Source: Mustelus asterias
Taxonomy: Eukaryota
NCBI RefSeq assembly: GCF_964213995.1
Contig: NW_027590121.1
Span: 1,426,001 to 1,490,000 of the forward strand
Direction: 5' to 3'
Length of the DNA stretch: 64,000 bases
Shown: positions 37,491-50,699 of the stretch, piece after piece
Layout of the letters: every line of letters begins with the position of its first letter
Position numbering within the stretch: the first letter of the stretch is position 1
Translations under genes and position numbers: made by a program
Notes under the pieces: generated by a model
Told to the model about the DNA's origin: nothing
The model's input: only the letters and a program-made list of their open reading frames with translations
The model's database searches: none

Positions 37491-38521
37491 CTGGTGACAA
37501 GTGGTGTCCCGCAGGGTTCAGTGTTGGGGCCACAGCTGTTCTCTTTATATATTAACGATCTAGATGACGGGACTGGGAGCATTCTGGCCAAGTTTGCCGA
37601 TGATACAAAGATAGGTGGAGGGGCAGGTAGTATTGAGGAGGTGGCGAGGCTGCAGAAAGATTTAGACAGTTTAGGAGAGTGGTCCAAGAAGTGGCTGATG
37701 AAATTCAACGTGGGCAAGTGCGAGGTTGTACACTTTGGAAAAAAGAATAGAGGCATGGACTATTTTCTAAACGGTGACAAAATTCATAATGCTAAAGTGC
37801 AAAGGGACTTGGGAGTCCTAGTCCAGGATTCTCTAAAGGTAAACTTGCAGGTTGAGTCCGTAATTAAGAAAGCAAATGTAATGTTGTCATTTATCTCAAG
37901 AGGCTTGGAATACAAAAGCAGGGATGTACTTCTGAGGCTTTATAAAGCACTGGTTAGGCCCCATTTGGAGTACTGTGAGCAATTTTGGGCCCCACACCTC
38001 AGGAAGGACATACTGGCACTGGAGTGGGTCCAGCGGAGATTCACACGGATGATCCCAGGAATGGTAGGCCTGACATACGATGAACGTCTGAGGATCGTGG
38101 GATTATATTCATTGGAGTTTAGGAGGTTGAGGGGAGATCTGATAGAAACTTACAAGATAATGAACGGCTTAGATAGGATGGACGTAGGGAAGTTGTTTCC
38201 ATTAACAGGGGAGACTAGGACGCGGGGGCACAGCCTTAGAATAAAAGGGAGTCACTTTAGAACAGAGATGAGGAGAAATTTCTTCAGCCAGAGAGTGGTG
38301 GGTCTGTGGAATTCATTGCCACAGAGGGCTGTGGAGGCCGAGACGTTGAGCGTCTTCAAGACAGAAATTGATAAATTCTTGATTTCTCGAGGAATTAAGG
38401 GCTATGGGGAGAGAGCGGGTAAATGGAGTTGAAATCAACCATGATTGAATGGTGGAGTGGACTCGATGGGCCGAATGGCCTTACTTCCGCTCCTATGTCT
38501 TATGGTCTTATGGTCTTATGG
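37491..38521 (+). mobile_element. Young 5'-truncated CR1-type LINE
   Basis: Uninterrupted 312-aa RT C-terminal ORF 37494..38432 and a (GTCTTATG)n tail, inserted in repeat unit 2. Confidence 0.95.
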
Positions 38522-39273
38522 ATTTACGGGACTTTCCTACAGATGGCCGGAATTTATGCACCTGAATGTTTCACACTCATAATAACAAGCCTCAAGTATA
38601 ACTAACAGATAATTCTTCTATCTCTTCCATTTAAATATAGATAACTTTGTTTAAAAACTGACTGTGGTGAATCTCAAAGAAACACTATGGGATCTGTATT
38701 ACCCGGTGACTCGATTCCATCTGTTGGTCAGTTATGTTTGCAATTCAATGATGTTCAATTTCAGAGCTATTCAATTCATAATGAAGACATATGTGTTAAA
38801 TAATGTATTGATATTAAATATTAGAAACAAAGATCGAAACATAGAAAACTACAGCACAAAACAGGCCCTTCGGCCCCACAAGTTGTGCCGAACATATCCC
38901 TACCTTTTAGGCCGACCTATAACCCTCCATCCCATTAAGTCCCATATACTCATCCAGAAGTCTCTTAAAAGACCCAAACAAAATACCCTATTTAATAACG
39001 AAAAAATACTGAGTACAATTGGTTGAAATTATTCGAAGGAAGATGAGAATGATGCATTAATGATTGAGCAGAAATCATTGCTTCCTTAGCCATTTGCCGG
39101 GCGAACGTTTTATAATTTTGAAGGACAAGGTAAGTTGCGACATCAGGTAGAAAGTAATGGATGTCTTCTTGGATTAAGTGACATGGGCTCTCAATCTAAA
39201 CATCAGAACCTGCAGCATGACAGTGGAGCTGAATATTGTAATCAGGCCATTTGACGACGCTGTGCTGTCCTTT

Positions 39274-39346
39274 GTTTCTGTAGTGTCGTGGTTATCAATT
39301 TCGCTCAACACGCGAAATGTCTCCGCTTCGATGCCAGGTAGAAACA
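39274..39346 (+). pseudogene. tRNA-Val(AAC) pseudogene
   Basis: Same alignment as above with many stem mismatches. Confidence 0.75.
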
Positions 39347-39849
39347 TTCTCATGTAGGGTGAGGGAAGTCTGTCTGATTTCAGTTTGTTGCTGAACATTA
39401 TCCGTAATCTCAGTGTTACAGCCATGTTATCTTTGCTCTGACATCGGCCTCAAATGCTTCCCCCAAAATCACAAATGCTGACGCTCCTATTTTGGCACCG
39501 TTCACAGGTTAGCATCTCGTTCAGCCTGCAACACAATTTAATGGGTTTATAGGTGCAGACTAACATAGTTAATCACCATCTGAAACATGTCTAACAGTAT
39601 TGTGTGCTCAAAAGACGGACACAAGTGAAACTGTAACTGAAGTAGAGGAAATGGCACACATTGCCCAGAAGCATCTTTTTATTTGCATATATATTTATTT
39701 TTGCAATCTTTTAAGTTAAGAGCTACAACGAAAGGTGAGGAATTTTCTTGTGCAATTCTTTTCTAATAACAAGTAACGAAAGCGATAATTGGGTCGCAGC
39801 ATTTTAACACGAGTGCTGAGTGTTCAGACACAGCTTCTCTGCTTCCTCC

Positions 39850-39868
39850 TGCACCATCTGACGGCGCC
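39850..39868 (-). promoter_or_regulatory. Possible CTCF motif
   Basis: Minus strand GGCGCCGTCAGATGGTGCA. Confidence 0.4.
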
Positions 39869-40899
39869 ATTGCTCTGTGCCGGGCTTGGGTTTGGCAATT
39901 ACCCCACCCCTTCCCTCTTCACACCACTTGTTCCAAAAGGCAAATATTCGGGCAGCTTCATTGCACGTTGCTGAAGGTGCAAAAGAAGAACGAAAATTAA
40001 ATTCAACGAGAGAAACTGAGAGAGGAAACAGGACTGAAATTGAGGAGCAAAGGGAGATGGTACAGACACAAATAATAAAAGGAAGAATGAATATTATAGA
40101 GGAAACAATCATGTGGTGATTCTCAAAAAATGTCAGCCGTTTTGTTTAAGTTTTAGTTTATTTGTTTTGTGATGCATATTCCCTAATTATGGGCGATTAT
40201 GGCCAGATTAGCATTACTCGTCCATCGCTATCTTGACCCACCATCGTGTAAATGGTGACGGTGCTGTTCTGGAGATATTTTCAGGATTTTGAGCGAGAGA
40301 CAACAAGAGGAACGGCGCTTGTGCCGGAGTTAGAATTGAGTGCGGCTTATGGAATCGCTGGATAACATAGGCAGGAAGTAGGGCCTTTGGGAAAGTGTGT
40401 CTGTGCTTCCAGTTTGCAGCGCTGTACAATAAAGTCAGCTACATCTCCATTGCCTATGGAGCTGCACTTTTTCATTTTCAAACATATATTGAATCACATT
40501 TTATTTAATCTTCCTCTACCACGCTTCTGGGCAGTGTTTTCAAGATGATCACAACTCGATTTGAAAATTATGGCAAATCCAAGCCCCCCTCCAGAAACTT
40601 TTGATCAATCACCTATAATTCGTAAGCCCTCATCGGCATTCCTGATGACAGTGGAAATAATTTCCTAATATCTACATCCAGAGATAAACTCTCATAAATC
40701 TGGTCACTTCCATGACAATTCCTCTTAACAGCCTTCTTTCCAAGGAAATCAATTCAGTTTATCTGCTCACTCTGCGACACCTTGGCACAATTGTGACAGA
40801 TAATAAGAATGGGTATCCTGAATGAGCAATTTTACTCTACAAGTGTCGCACGGTGGTCGATGCCATCAAATAACTCTCCTGTTATGTCGTGTTTTGTCA

Positions 40900-41240
40900 G
40901 GTTTCTTGTGTGGGCTCGTGTGGTTGTGAAGCATTGTGATCCTCAATCCGCAGATATAGAGGGCGCTGTCTTTCGTCTCCACTGCAGAAATTGCAAAGGG
41001 AAAATCTGATATTGACTGAACCGACGAGCATCGAATTTTCTTTTGAAAAACTCGGCATCACAGCGTCTGAAGTTATCCGATACAATATAAAATAGAGTGG
41101 CTGTTTCGGTTACAGCAAGTACCCATAGCGACCCGGTTCAACAGAACTGGAGTTATGATTACAGTTCAATTCCAGATTAGCTCCCGCAGTAGCCTTCAAT
41201 TCATGTTGCCCCTATGTGACCGAACTCTCTTAGATTTGAC
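40900..41240 (-). pseudogene. Heavily decayed TCR V pseudogene with RSS (not evident from the ORF track)
   Basis: Reverse strand reads ESSVT*GQHELKATAGANLELNCNHNSSSVEPGRYGYLL*PKQPLYFILYR, then after frameshifts ISAVETKDSALYICGLR. It is followed by CACAATG (40938-40932), 22 nt, ACAAGAAAC. The acceptor is mutated (cactg). Confidence 0.8.
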
Positions 41241-41749
41241 CAGTGAGATAATATATTAAACATCAGGTGACCTTATTGATTACTTGCATTCCCTCCAACA
41301 TAAGGAACACCAATCAAAATCTAAATATGACACATCGGATAAAGAAAAACGTCCCGATATTTACATATTACAAGGGGCAGAATGACAGAATGTTCACATG
41401 TTCCAGAATATAAATAAGAATGGACATCAGGAAGAGCTCAACAGGCATCATCTCTAAACTGCTGTCAAGGTATTACAGCAGCTCACGTGAATGTTTTCTT
41501 CACCACGTGCAGAAATTGAAGTTGTTTTTATTCCTTGGGACACGATCAACCAATTGATGCCCTGAAAGTTGCTCAGCTACAAACAGCAGATATGTTCACG
41601 TGAGAGTGAGCAAAAAACAAACACAGTTACCGTCAGTCCAGTTGAACAGCAAAGAACGCTTTAAGTGCGTGTTTACGTCACGGTCTAGTACAGGACTCGT
41701 GACACACAACCCAGTGCTTTATAAATAGCTACATGACCCTGCTGCATTT

Positions 41750-43380
41750 CAACGAAATGCACGGTGCCTTGCGGCAATAACTAAGACAGGCCGTGTGTAA
41801 TATGAACTGTAACAAGGGATAATATATTTTAAGCAGAGCCGTATTCTTATTGAGACATTGCATTATGATATAAGCATGGATGTTGTACACTGCAGCAAAA
41901 ACTGACACAGAGATTAGTGGAATGTAAACGAAGACATAGTTTAGCTTTGGTGTAATTGACACAGCCAAAGACGAAGTTTAAACACTGACAGGACATTTTC
42001 GAATAGAAAAAGATATATTTATCAGTGCGGCAATAGCTAATAGATAGACCAGTGCGACATAAAACTGGAACTGGTCTATCACCATAATAACTGAGTCAGG
42101 GGTTCGCCTAATATGATGAAAAACACTTTCGGTTTGAACATAAACAAAGGGATTGTCTTGTCTGCAGTAAGTGAGTCAGATTCTATCACAACATGAGCAA
42201 GAACGTGCTTTGAAACAGGACACAAAAAAACAGCATGGTCATGGTGCAGTATAACAGATAGAGAGACATGGTGCAATGATAACAAAGCCAGATCATCCCA
42301 AGCAATAAATCTCGAGGTAAGGCCTGGTATAATACAAATGAAAACATGCTCTACTGTCGCACAAGCAGAGGCAAGGCCTAGCCTTTCATAAACTGAAGCA
42401 TATTCGAATGCAGTAATATATAAGGTATGATAATTCAAACAGAGGCAACCCGGCTACAGCAATGAGTGAAACAGGGTGAGTGTAAATATAAAAAGTTGAA
42501 TACTGTAATTTCCTATACCGAACAGTACCTGGTATAATGTAAACAGGTTGGTGTATTATGAGCCTGGTGTAACTGTACCTGGACAGGGTCACAAGTATGA
42601 TAAACAGTTGCTCGATGTGGACCACTAATAAACAATACATGGACAAGAGTAATACATGAAAAGTCACGTTCGAGAATAATATAAACAAGAGCAGCGTCTA
42701 CTATCATGTCAACCTCGATGTCGCTGAGTGCTTGAATAAGCGAATCAGGCCCTTCTGCCATTATGCTGAAGCACAAATCAATGCATTAATATCTAAGATC
42801 GGGCTGACAGTAATGTCAACAGAGATATGCCCAACTGCAGCAATATCTGACGCCGACTCTTCCCTCACGCAAGCAAAAACGTTGTCGTGGAAAAAAATGA
42901 AAGAGGGAATATCGGACTTTACTTGGAGACATATTTCAGAGTAGAAATGAATTAGGTAGACGCTGAGGCAAGCACGGCTTGAGACACAGTCCAGGTCAAT
43001 AAAAAAAACTGATATGCAATCAAGTTCAGCAATTACTGATTCCAGATCGAGTGTAACACAAAGAACAGACTTGATCAAGTAAAAATGAAATGGGAAGTGA
43101 TATTTTGTAGTTTGCAACGAACAGATAGCGAATGAGATTTACAAAGAACTATAATCAATTACAGTAATAAATGAAGCAGGCCCTGCTGTGATATGAGCAG
43201 AAGCTGAAGCTCTTACTGTGACAAGAGAGAGTTCAGCGCAATATCAAGAGAAACATGGTCTAGTGTAAAGCAAATAGAGACATTGGCAAGTGTAGTAAAA
43301 ACAGGGAGAGGATCTCCATTAAAATAATTACATGCTGCAGTGTATTTTTAACGAAAAGATCTCCTGTAATAGAAGATAAT
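41750..43380. repeat. Highly degenerate ~27-28-bp tandem repeat
   Basis: Recurrent unit approximately CCTGGTGTAATATAAACAGAGACAGGG, e.g. catggtgcagtataacagatagagaga followed by catggtgcaatgataacaaagccagat. Confidence 0.5.
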
Positions 43381-43644
43381 GTCTGGTTCCACTGACAGCT
43401 GGTGGACGCAAAATTCAATGACATCAGATTGCAGACGCCATAAAATTAGCTGGTGTCTTTGATTAGCCTGAGGAGGACGCTAAGAGTGTGGAAATGAGGA
43501 GAGACAGATGAAATGCATGAACAGGATATTTTGAATTGTGAGAGATGGGAACGTAGTTGCTAATGTACAGGCACAGCAAGCAATTGGGAGATCAAATTGT
43601 ATGTTCGACTTTAATAAAAGCAATAGATTGATTGACTTTTTTAA

Positions 43645-43925
43645 TTTCTTAGTTTCATAAGTAGGCTTACATTAACACTGCAATGAAGTTTCTGTGAAAT
43701 TCCCTGGTCGCCACATTCCGGCGCCTGTTCGGCTACACTGAGGGAGAATTTAGCAAGGCCAATGCACCTAACTAGCACATCGTTCACTGTGGAAGGAAAC
43801 TGGAGCAAGCGTAGGAAACCCACGGAGACATGACGAGAACGTGCACACTCCACTCAGACAGTGACCCAAACCGGGAATCAAATCCCCGGCACTGTGAGGC
43901 AGCAATGTCTAGCACTGTGCCATAA
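43645..43925 (-). mobile_element. tRNA-derived shark SINE
   Basis: Homologous to 797-1082. Confidence 0.75.
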
Positions 43926-43962
43926 CGTTGTCCGATAGAAAGATAGATAGACAGGTAGAGAG

Positions 43963-44096
43963 NNNNNNNNNNNNNNNNNNNNNNNNNNNNNNNNNNNNNN
44001 NNNNNNNNNNNNNNNNNNNNNNNNNNNNNNNNNNNNNNNNNNNNNNNNNNNNNNNNNNNNNNNNNNNNNNNNNNNNNNNNNNNNNNNNNNNNNNNN
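43963..44096. other. Assembly gap or masked run (N)
   Basis: Run of N following a (GATA)-like microsatellite. Confidence 0.95.
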
Positions 44097-44649
44097 TGGT
44101 TCTCCTGATCAGCTTCAAAGCAGCTTCTGTCGACTTTCAGAGATGGTAGACTTGGGCGAAGGTTGAAAGTATTTTTAGGTGGTGACAGCGAATCTATCGA
44201 TCTTACTGTCGGACACTGTAGAAGATTACAGCACATTGAGAATCAATGAAGAAAGATACAATGAGCCTGTTCAATCCCTGACTCGACATGCAGACTGAGG
44301 AGACAAGTCCACGGGCTTGAAAAGTGACAGCAACACAGCCAATATTCCTTAAATATGTTATTGAAATGTGTAAAGTACACAGTCCGTGTAGTTTGATAGA
44401 ACAATATATTATTTCGGTTTGTTAAGAAGTTGCGAACACATTTCTTCCAGAATGTCCAGCATAATCGGCCCTGCTCGAAGCAGAAGCAGTTTGTATTATT
44501 ATCCCGTGCCATACTTGCGGTGGGATGTTTTGGCAGGTACCACATAGAGGAAGATTTACGCTATCGCTCTTTCTCTGCTTTTATGGGACAGTAAGAAGTT
44601 TAACAACACCAGGTTAAAGTCCAACAGGTTTATTTTGTAGCAAAAGCCA

Positions 44650-44686
44650 CACAAGCTTTCGGAGCTGCAAGCCCCTTCTTCAGGTG
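44650..44686 (-). ncRNA. Minimal type-I hammerhead ribozyme motif in a Penelope fragment (44590-44715)
   Basis: cac-CTGAAGA-a-ggggc-ttgca-gctcc-GAAA-gc-TT-gtg. Confidence 0.6.
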
Positions 44687-45139
44687 AGTGGGAATTCTGT
44701 TCACAAACAGAGCACTTTATGGGACAGTGCAGAGTGGACTTAATTTTGAATCTACACCGGATATTCATTGTTATTATTGGACGCAAATTGAAATTATTTG
44801 GAAACCATTTGTATTCCTACGTTTCTTTATTTGGTTTCGTGTCCGGAGAACAAACTTTCTGATAAATAATGGCCATTCCAATCTCCATCTGCTTAAACAA
44901 TTATTCCAGCATCACAACATCGACGACACAGGAAAAGCAGTTCCGTGGCTGGCAAACTCTCTCGGACATCCTGTGAAAGTTATATTTCTGTTGACGTTTC
45001 TATATTGAAAGCCATGCACTCAATTACATATGTGGAAAATAGATTGCAGCTGATACAAAACAATAAACAATTCTTAATGTTAGCAAATATAGACCATTTG
45101 CTTCTTCATCACTTCATATTATTGCATAGCCATGCCTTT

Positions 45140-45479
45140 NNNNNNNNNNNNNNNNNNNNNNNNNNNNNNNNNNNNNNNNNNNNNNNNNNNNNNNNNNNNN
45201 NNNNNNNNNNNNNNNNNNNNNNNNNNNNNNNNNNNNNNNNNNNNNNNNNNNNNNNNNNNNNNNNNNNNNNNNNNNNNNNNNNNNNNNNNNNNNNNNNNNN
45301 NNNNNNNNNNNNNNNNNATANNNNNNNNNNNNNNNNNNNNNNNNNNNNNNNNNNNNNNNNNNNNNNNNNNNNNNNNNNNNNNNNNNNNNNNNNNNNNNNN
45401 NNNNNNNNNNNNNNNNNNNNNNNNNNNNNNNNNNNNNNNNNNNNNNNNNNNNNNNNNNNNNNNNNNNNNNNNNNNNNNN
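45140..45479. other. Assembly gap or masked run (N)
   Basis: Run of N. Confidence 0.95.
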
Positions 45480-46016
45480 AGAAACCCCTGGATTGAGCGC
45501 ACTCCATACCTAAGGATGTGCTAAAGTGCACTGAAACAAATTGAAAACTCTTCTGCTGTAATGGAGGAATCGAGGCCGCAAATGTGTGAACAGCAAGATT
45601 CCATAAAAATGGAGATACATAATAAATACAGTTTTTAGCGGTGTTATAAGAGGGAAAGCTATTGACTCAGGGCCCTGGAGAGAACGTCCCTTATTCTTTT
45701 TGGAAACAACGACAGTGGTATATTTTACATTCTATCTGAGATGGAGGACACATGGAGTTCTTCAGAATCTCAGCCAGAAAGACTGTCCCTCTGATAGCTC
45801 AGTATTGCAACAGGAAACTGTCGACGCTCGATGACTGGTTTTAAATTTACCTAGCCTGGCAAATGGAAATCAGGAGTTTCTGATTCGAGAGGAAGACAGG
45901 GCGAGAGAGGAAGAAAGATAGATCGAGAAAAAGGGAAAGGCAGGCGGGTGGGAGACAAGCAAGAGAGAGCCGGAGAAAGGAAAGGGCGGAAGCGAGCCTC
46001 CCCTGTGCAAATGAAA

Positions 46017-49000
46017 TCAAGCGAGGTCGTTTTTCTGTTTATGTTGCTGCTTAAAGCAACCAGTGACCATGGTGACTGGCCACATCAGCACCTTCATCAT
46101 CTCCGCTCGAAACTTGGTCTGGGCCACTGCATAGATGAAGACGTTGTTGCAGGAACTGAGCAGCTGGAGCATGTTGGTCGTCTCCTGAATGATATACTGT
46201 GAGTCATTGAAATCGAGGCTGTTGAAGTAGCCCTCACCTGTAATCTGCACGTAGAGAAAATGTCCGACATAAGGAGCCCACAAGAGGAGGAAGCTGAGCG
46301 AGATGGCAAAGAGCAGGACAATGGATCGCTTACGGTTGGCCATCTCCGGGTCTTCCTGACTGTCGGAGCCCCGGAGCCTCCTGCGGGCTCTGCTGGCCGC
46401 TAAGATGTGTTTTATTGTGAGGGCGTTGAGCAGCAGAATGAGTATGAATGGGAGGAAAGGGGTTAGGATGTGATCCAACCAGTCAAAGGCCTGCCAGAAG
46501 GGCGAGGTACTGAAGCTGGCTTTGATATCACAGAACCAGGCCACCTCGTCCCGGATGAACAAGGGCTGGAAGGTGAAGTAGAAAGGAATATTCTTGATGC
46601 AGCTCAGGGCACAGACTATTCCTATAACTAGCAATGCTGTTTTCTCTGTGCAGTATCTTGTCTTCAGGCTCTGACAGCTGATGGCCACAAAACGGTCGAT
46701 GGTAAAGCCCACTGTCAGCCAGACTGATCCATCCAGTGTGACAAAAGCCAGAATCATGGTGAGAGCACATGCAGTGTGGGTGAAAAGCACACTTTCACCA
46801 AAATAGATGCGCCCAGTCCGATTCAGGATGACGCCGGTGATGATGACAAGGAAATCGGTCACCGCTATTGCCACCAGATAGTAGGTGATACACCGGGAGA
46901 GTCCACACCGTCCATGGCATAAGGTTATGATCGCCACAAAATTCGCTGTTAGAGATCATGAAACAGTGATATCACCGAGCGGCTACCCAAACATTAGCAA
47001 TTTACTCATGTAATATATTACTGTATTCTTTCTGATCCGTTTCTTTGTTACGTCCAGGCTACTAAATTTTCCAAAACCTTTCATAATTGTTCAATATCTA
47101 ACACGGGATTAAAAATTACTGACACATGAGACACTGCTACGGGTCCCACTCCGAACTGTGCTTTCTGGTCACTGAGTCAGTCCCCAGAGCTCGCTATCGA
47201 ATTTAAACTCATGCAGATCAAGAAGAAATCAGATATTGCTCTTGGGGCTAACGGGATCAAGGGGTATGGGGGTAGACGGGATTAGGATATTGAATTTGAT
47301 GACCAGCCATGACAATAATGAATGGCGGGGCAGGGTCGCAGGGCCGAATGGTCTGCTGCTGCTTCTATTTTCTAAGTTTCTATGTTAGAACATTTGCTGC
47401 CAATGGTTTTAATCACAGTAAGATCCAACAATCCATCAATCCCATTCACGTGATTTCCATTGATACTCCTTCTGGCACCGTCTCCCTTTCAATCGTCTCA
47501 TTGTTTCAATTTTCAAACAACTCCACTGCGTCGCCATCCCGGCGCTGTGATATCCTGGGTACGATGGGTTTAGAGGGATATGGACCAAATGCGGGCAATT
47601 GGGATTAGTTTAGGGCTTTTAAAAAAAAGAGCGGCATGGACAAGTTGGGGCGAAGGGCCTGTTTCCATGCTGTAAACCTCTATGACTCTATGACTCGTGT
47701 CTGAGATCGCAGCATACCTCCATTTCTAGCATCATGTGTTTGCCCTGATTTAATCCCTATATCAATGGTGGTTATGTATTAACCATGTATTATGCACCGT
47801 TAATTGAAATACTATGTTGACAATGAGGACTGCTCAGTTGGGGGAACTCACTACACGACAATTATTACATACTTCCAGCGATCAGAATGTTAATTCGTGT
47901 ATCACTGAATGTATTCAGGTTGTATTCACATGGCAGGTTGGTTAAGAAGGTTAAGGCTCATGGGATACAAGGAGAAGTGGCTAGATGGGTGGAGAACTGG
48001 TTTGGCCATAGGAGACAGAGGGTAGTGGTCGAAGGGTCTTTTTCCAGCTGGAGGTCTGTGACCAGTGGTGTTCCGCAAGACTCTGTACTGGGACCTCTGC
48101 TATTTGTGATATATATATAAATGATTTGGAAGAAGGTGTAACTGGTGTAATCAGCAAGTTTGCGGATGACACGAAGATGGCTGGACTTGCGGATAGCGAA
48201 GAGCATTGTCGGGCAATACAGCAGGATATAGATAGGCTGGAAAATTGGGCGGAGAGGTGGCAGATGGAGTTTAATCCGGATAAATGTGAAGTGATGCATT
48301 TTGGAAGAAATAATGTAGGGAGGAGTTATACAATAAATGGCAGAGTCATCAGGAGTATAGAAACACAGAGGTACCCAGGTGTGCAAGTCCACAAATCCTT
48401 GAAGGTGGCAACACAGGTGGAGAAGGTGGTGAAGAAGGCATATGGTATGCTTGCCTTTATAGGACGGGGTATAGAGTATAAAAGCTGGAGTCTGATGATG
48501 CAGCTGTATAGAACGCTGGTTAGGCCACATTTGGAGTACTGCATCCAGTTCTGGTCGCCGCACTACCAGAAGGACGTGGAGGCGTTAGAGAGAGTGCAGA
48601 GAAGGTTTACCAGGATGTTGCCTGGTATGGAGGGTCTTAGCTATGAGGAGAGATTGGGTAGACTGGGGTTGTTCTCCCTGGAAAGACGGAAAATGAGGGG
48701 AGATCTAATAGAGGTGTACAATATTATGAAGGGGATAGATAGGGTGAACGGTGGGAAGCTTTTTCCCAGATCAGAAGTGACGTTCACGAGGGGTCACGGG
48801 CTCAAGGTGAGAGGGGCGAAGTATAACTCAGATATTAGAGGGATGTTTTTTACACAGAGGGTGGTGGGGGCCTGGAATGCGCTGCCAAGTAGGGTGGTGG
48901 AGGCAGGCACGCTGACATCGTTTAAGACTTACCTGGATAGTCACATGAGCAGCCTGGGAATGGAGGGGTACAAACGATTGGTCTAGTTGGACCGAGGAGC

Positions 49001-49651
49001 GGCACAGGCTTGGAGGGCCGAAGGGCCTGTTTCCTGTGCTGTACTGTTCTTTGTTCTTTGTATTTTATATCAGAATTCATTAATCTGATTGTTCTGTGGT
49101 AACTCATTTTCCAATATTGCAATAAGATCAGTGCACGAACATACAAGTTACAACATTATAATAATGTTGTAACTTGTCATCCGCAACTAATAATCCACAT
49201 AACACGAGAAGCAGTAGATTGCATTTTTTAAAAAAAATAGAAAACCCAAATTTCAACAATATGACAAATCAATGCTCATACAACATTAATTGTGTTACAA
49301 TCCATGTGTCAACGATCTAATAAACGGTATTTATATGAATGTGCAGCATAATGAATAAAATACTATCTTATAATGCCCCGTATAACAAGTTGAATTAATG
49401 CACCAAAATTTACCACACCACGATATAATACCACATAAGGCAGCTATAGATATGGGGATTCGGTTGAAGCCCCTCACACGCAGGCAGGACTAAATATTGG
49501 AAAGCTAATGTTGATTCTGAAAAGAAAACAATCCTGCAAATTCTCAAAAGAAAAATAACGCTATTGGGATTCATTACTTACCAGGGACACCAATAACAGC
49601 AAGGATTGGATAGAACATAGCAAAGAAGGGTCCATTCGCTGGTGCATGCAT
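46017..49651 (-). CDS. Two-exon class A GPCR, GPR139/GPR142-like, 332 aa, intact
   Basis: Exon 1 is 49651-49582 (MHAPANGPFFAMFYPILAVIGVP, phase 1, G|gtaagt). Exon 2 is 46945-46017 (aacag|CG). It has 7 hydrophobic segments and the motifs YLVAIAVTD, FTIDRFVAI, LLWAP and NVFIY. Total 999 nt, in frame. Confidence 0.9.
47928..49060 (+). mobile_element. CR1-type LINE 3' end in the GPCR intron (antisense to the gene)
   Basis: ORF 48126..48986 with FADDTK and CR1 C-terminal motifs. Confidence 0.93.
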
Positions 49652-49892
49652 TGTCTACCAGGAGCTGATGGATTCTCAAGCCGTATTCCTTAGATCTGCG
49701 ACACACTCAAACCCTCCCTCATTTATTCTAAATGAAAGGCCCCAGAGGAATAATAATGTTGCAACATACATCTGAGTTCCCTTCGCTAAACAAACAGATT
49801 AACTCACAGTTTCATGACTTCCATTTTGTAATATTCACAAGTTTGATGATCACATTATATTGGTGGGTGAATTGTTGGCTGAGAATGGCGAT

Positions 49893-50325
49893 GGGCGGCA
49901 TGGTGGCACAGTTGCACGACTATACAATGGCACGACTGCTCACAGTTCCCGGGATCCGGGCTCGATTCCAGCCTTGGGTCACTGTCTATGTGGAGTTTGC
50001 ACATTCTCCCCGTGTCTTTGCGGATTTCCTCTGGGTGCTCTGGTTTCCTCCCATAATGTGGAGATGCCGGCGTTGGACTGGGGTAAGCACAGTAAGAAGT
50101 CTATTTTGGACTTTAACCTGGTGTTGTGAGACTTCTTACTGTTCCTCCCATAATCCAGAGGTGTGCAGGTTAGGTCGGTTGCCCATGTTAAGTTATCCCT
50201 TAGTATCCCAAGGTTAGGTTTGGGGGATTGGCAGGGTAAATACGTGGGGTTACGGGGTAAGTTTGAGTATGTCGGTGCGGACTCGATAGGCCGAATGTCC
50301 TCCTACTGCACTGTAGGGATTCGAC
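49893..50325 (+). mobile_element. Shark SINE interrupted by a Penelope-end fragment (~50056-50142)
   Basis: SINE head ggcggcatggtggcacag, with ttcctcccataat duplicated on both sides of the insert. Confidence 0.65.
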
Positions 50326-50699
50326 GATCGAGCCACTCAGCTTAGCTATGTCCAGAAAACCTGTTTTTTTGTCTTTCAGAAGGAAATGCTGACAATAGAT
50401 ATTTCTATCTCTGCCAGCCTCCCAATCTTGCTTTTGAGTGTCAGACTATTTCATGTGTTTAGTTTATTGGTAAGCCTTTCAGTGATTAACGCTTCAATTT
50501 CATCTGCATATTTAAATAATTCAGATCTGAATTATTTCAACAAAAATAGCGAACCTGGAAGAATATTTAAGCTGGAGATTATCACGCGCAATACTGAGTC
50601 ATATAGAAACTGTATGTGTTCTGCTAAACTCCAAGTGCAGGAAGAACCTCCAGATACTCGGGTTCAGAGTTTCTGATGCAGTAACAGATCAGTTGACAA

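Larger units (their letters stand above)
35790..39680 (+). repeat. Tandem triplication of a ~1.04-kb tRNA-Val-bearing unit
   Basis: Units start near 35790, 36814 and 39103 (gaacg...ttttgaag...caag). They share blocks such as aacatagttaattaccatctgaaacatgtcta. Unit 2 is expanded by LINE insertions and unit 3 is truncated. Confidence 0.85.

Noticed and set aside
44243-44545. Minus-strand ORF with WY...CCC, vaguely V-like
   Set aside because: No RSS, no convincing framework, and it lies between two gaps.
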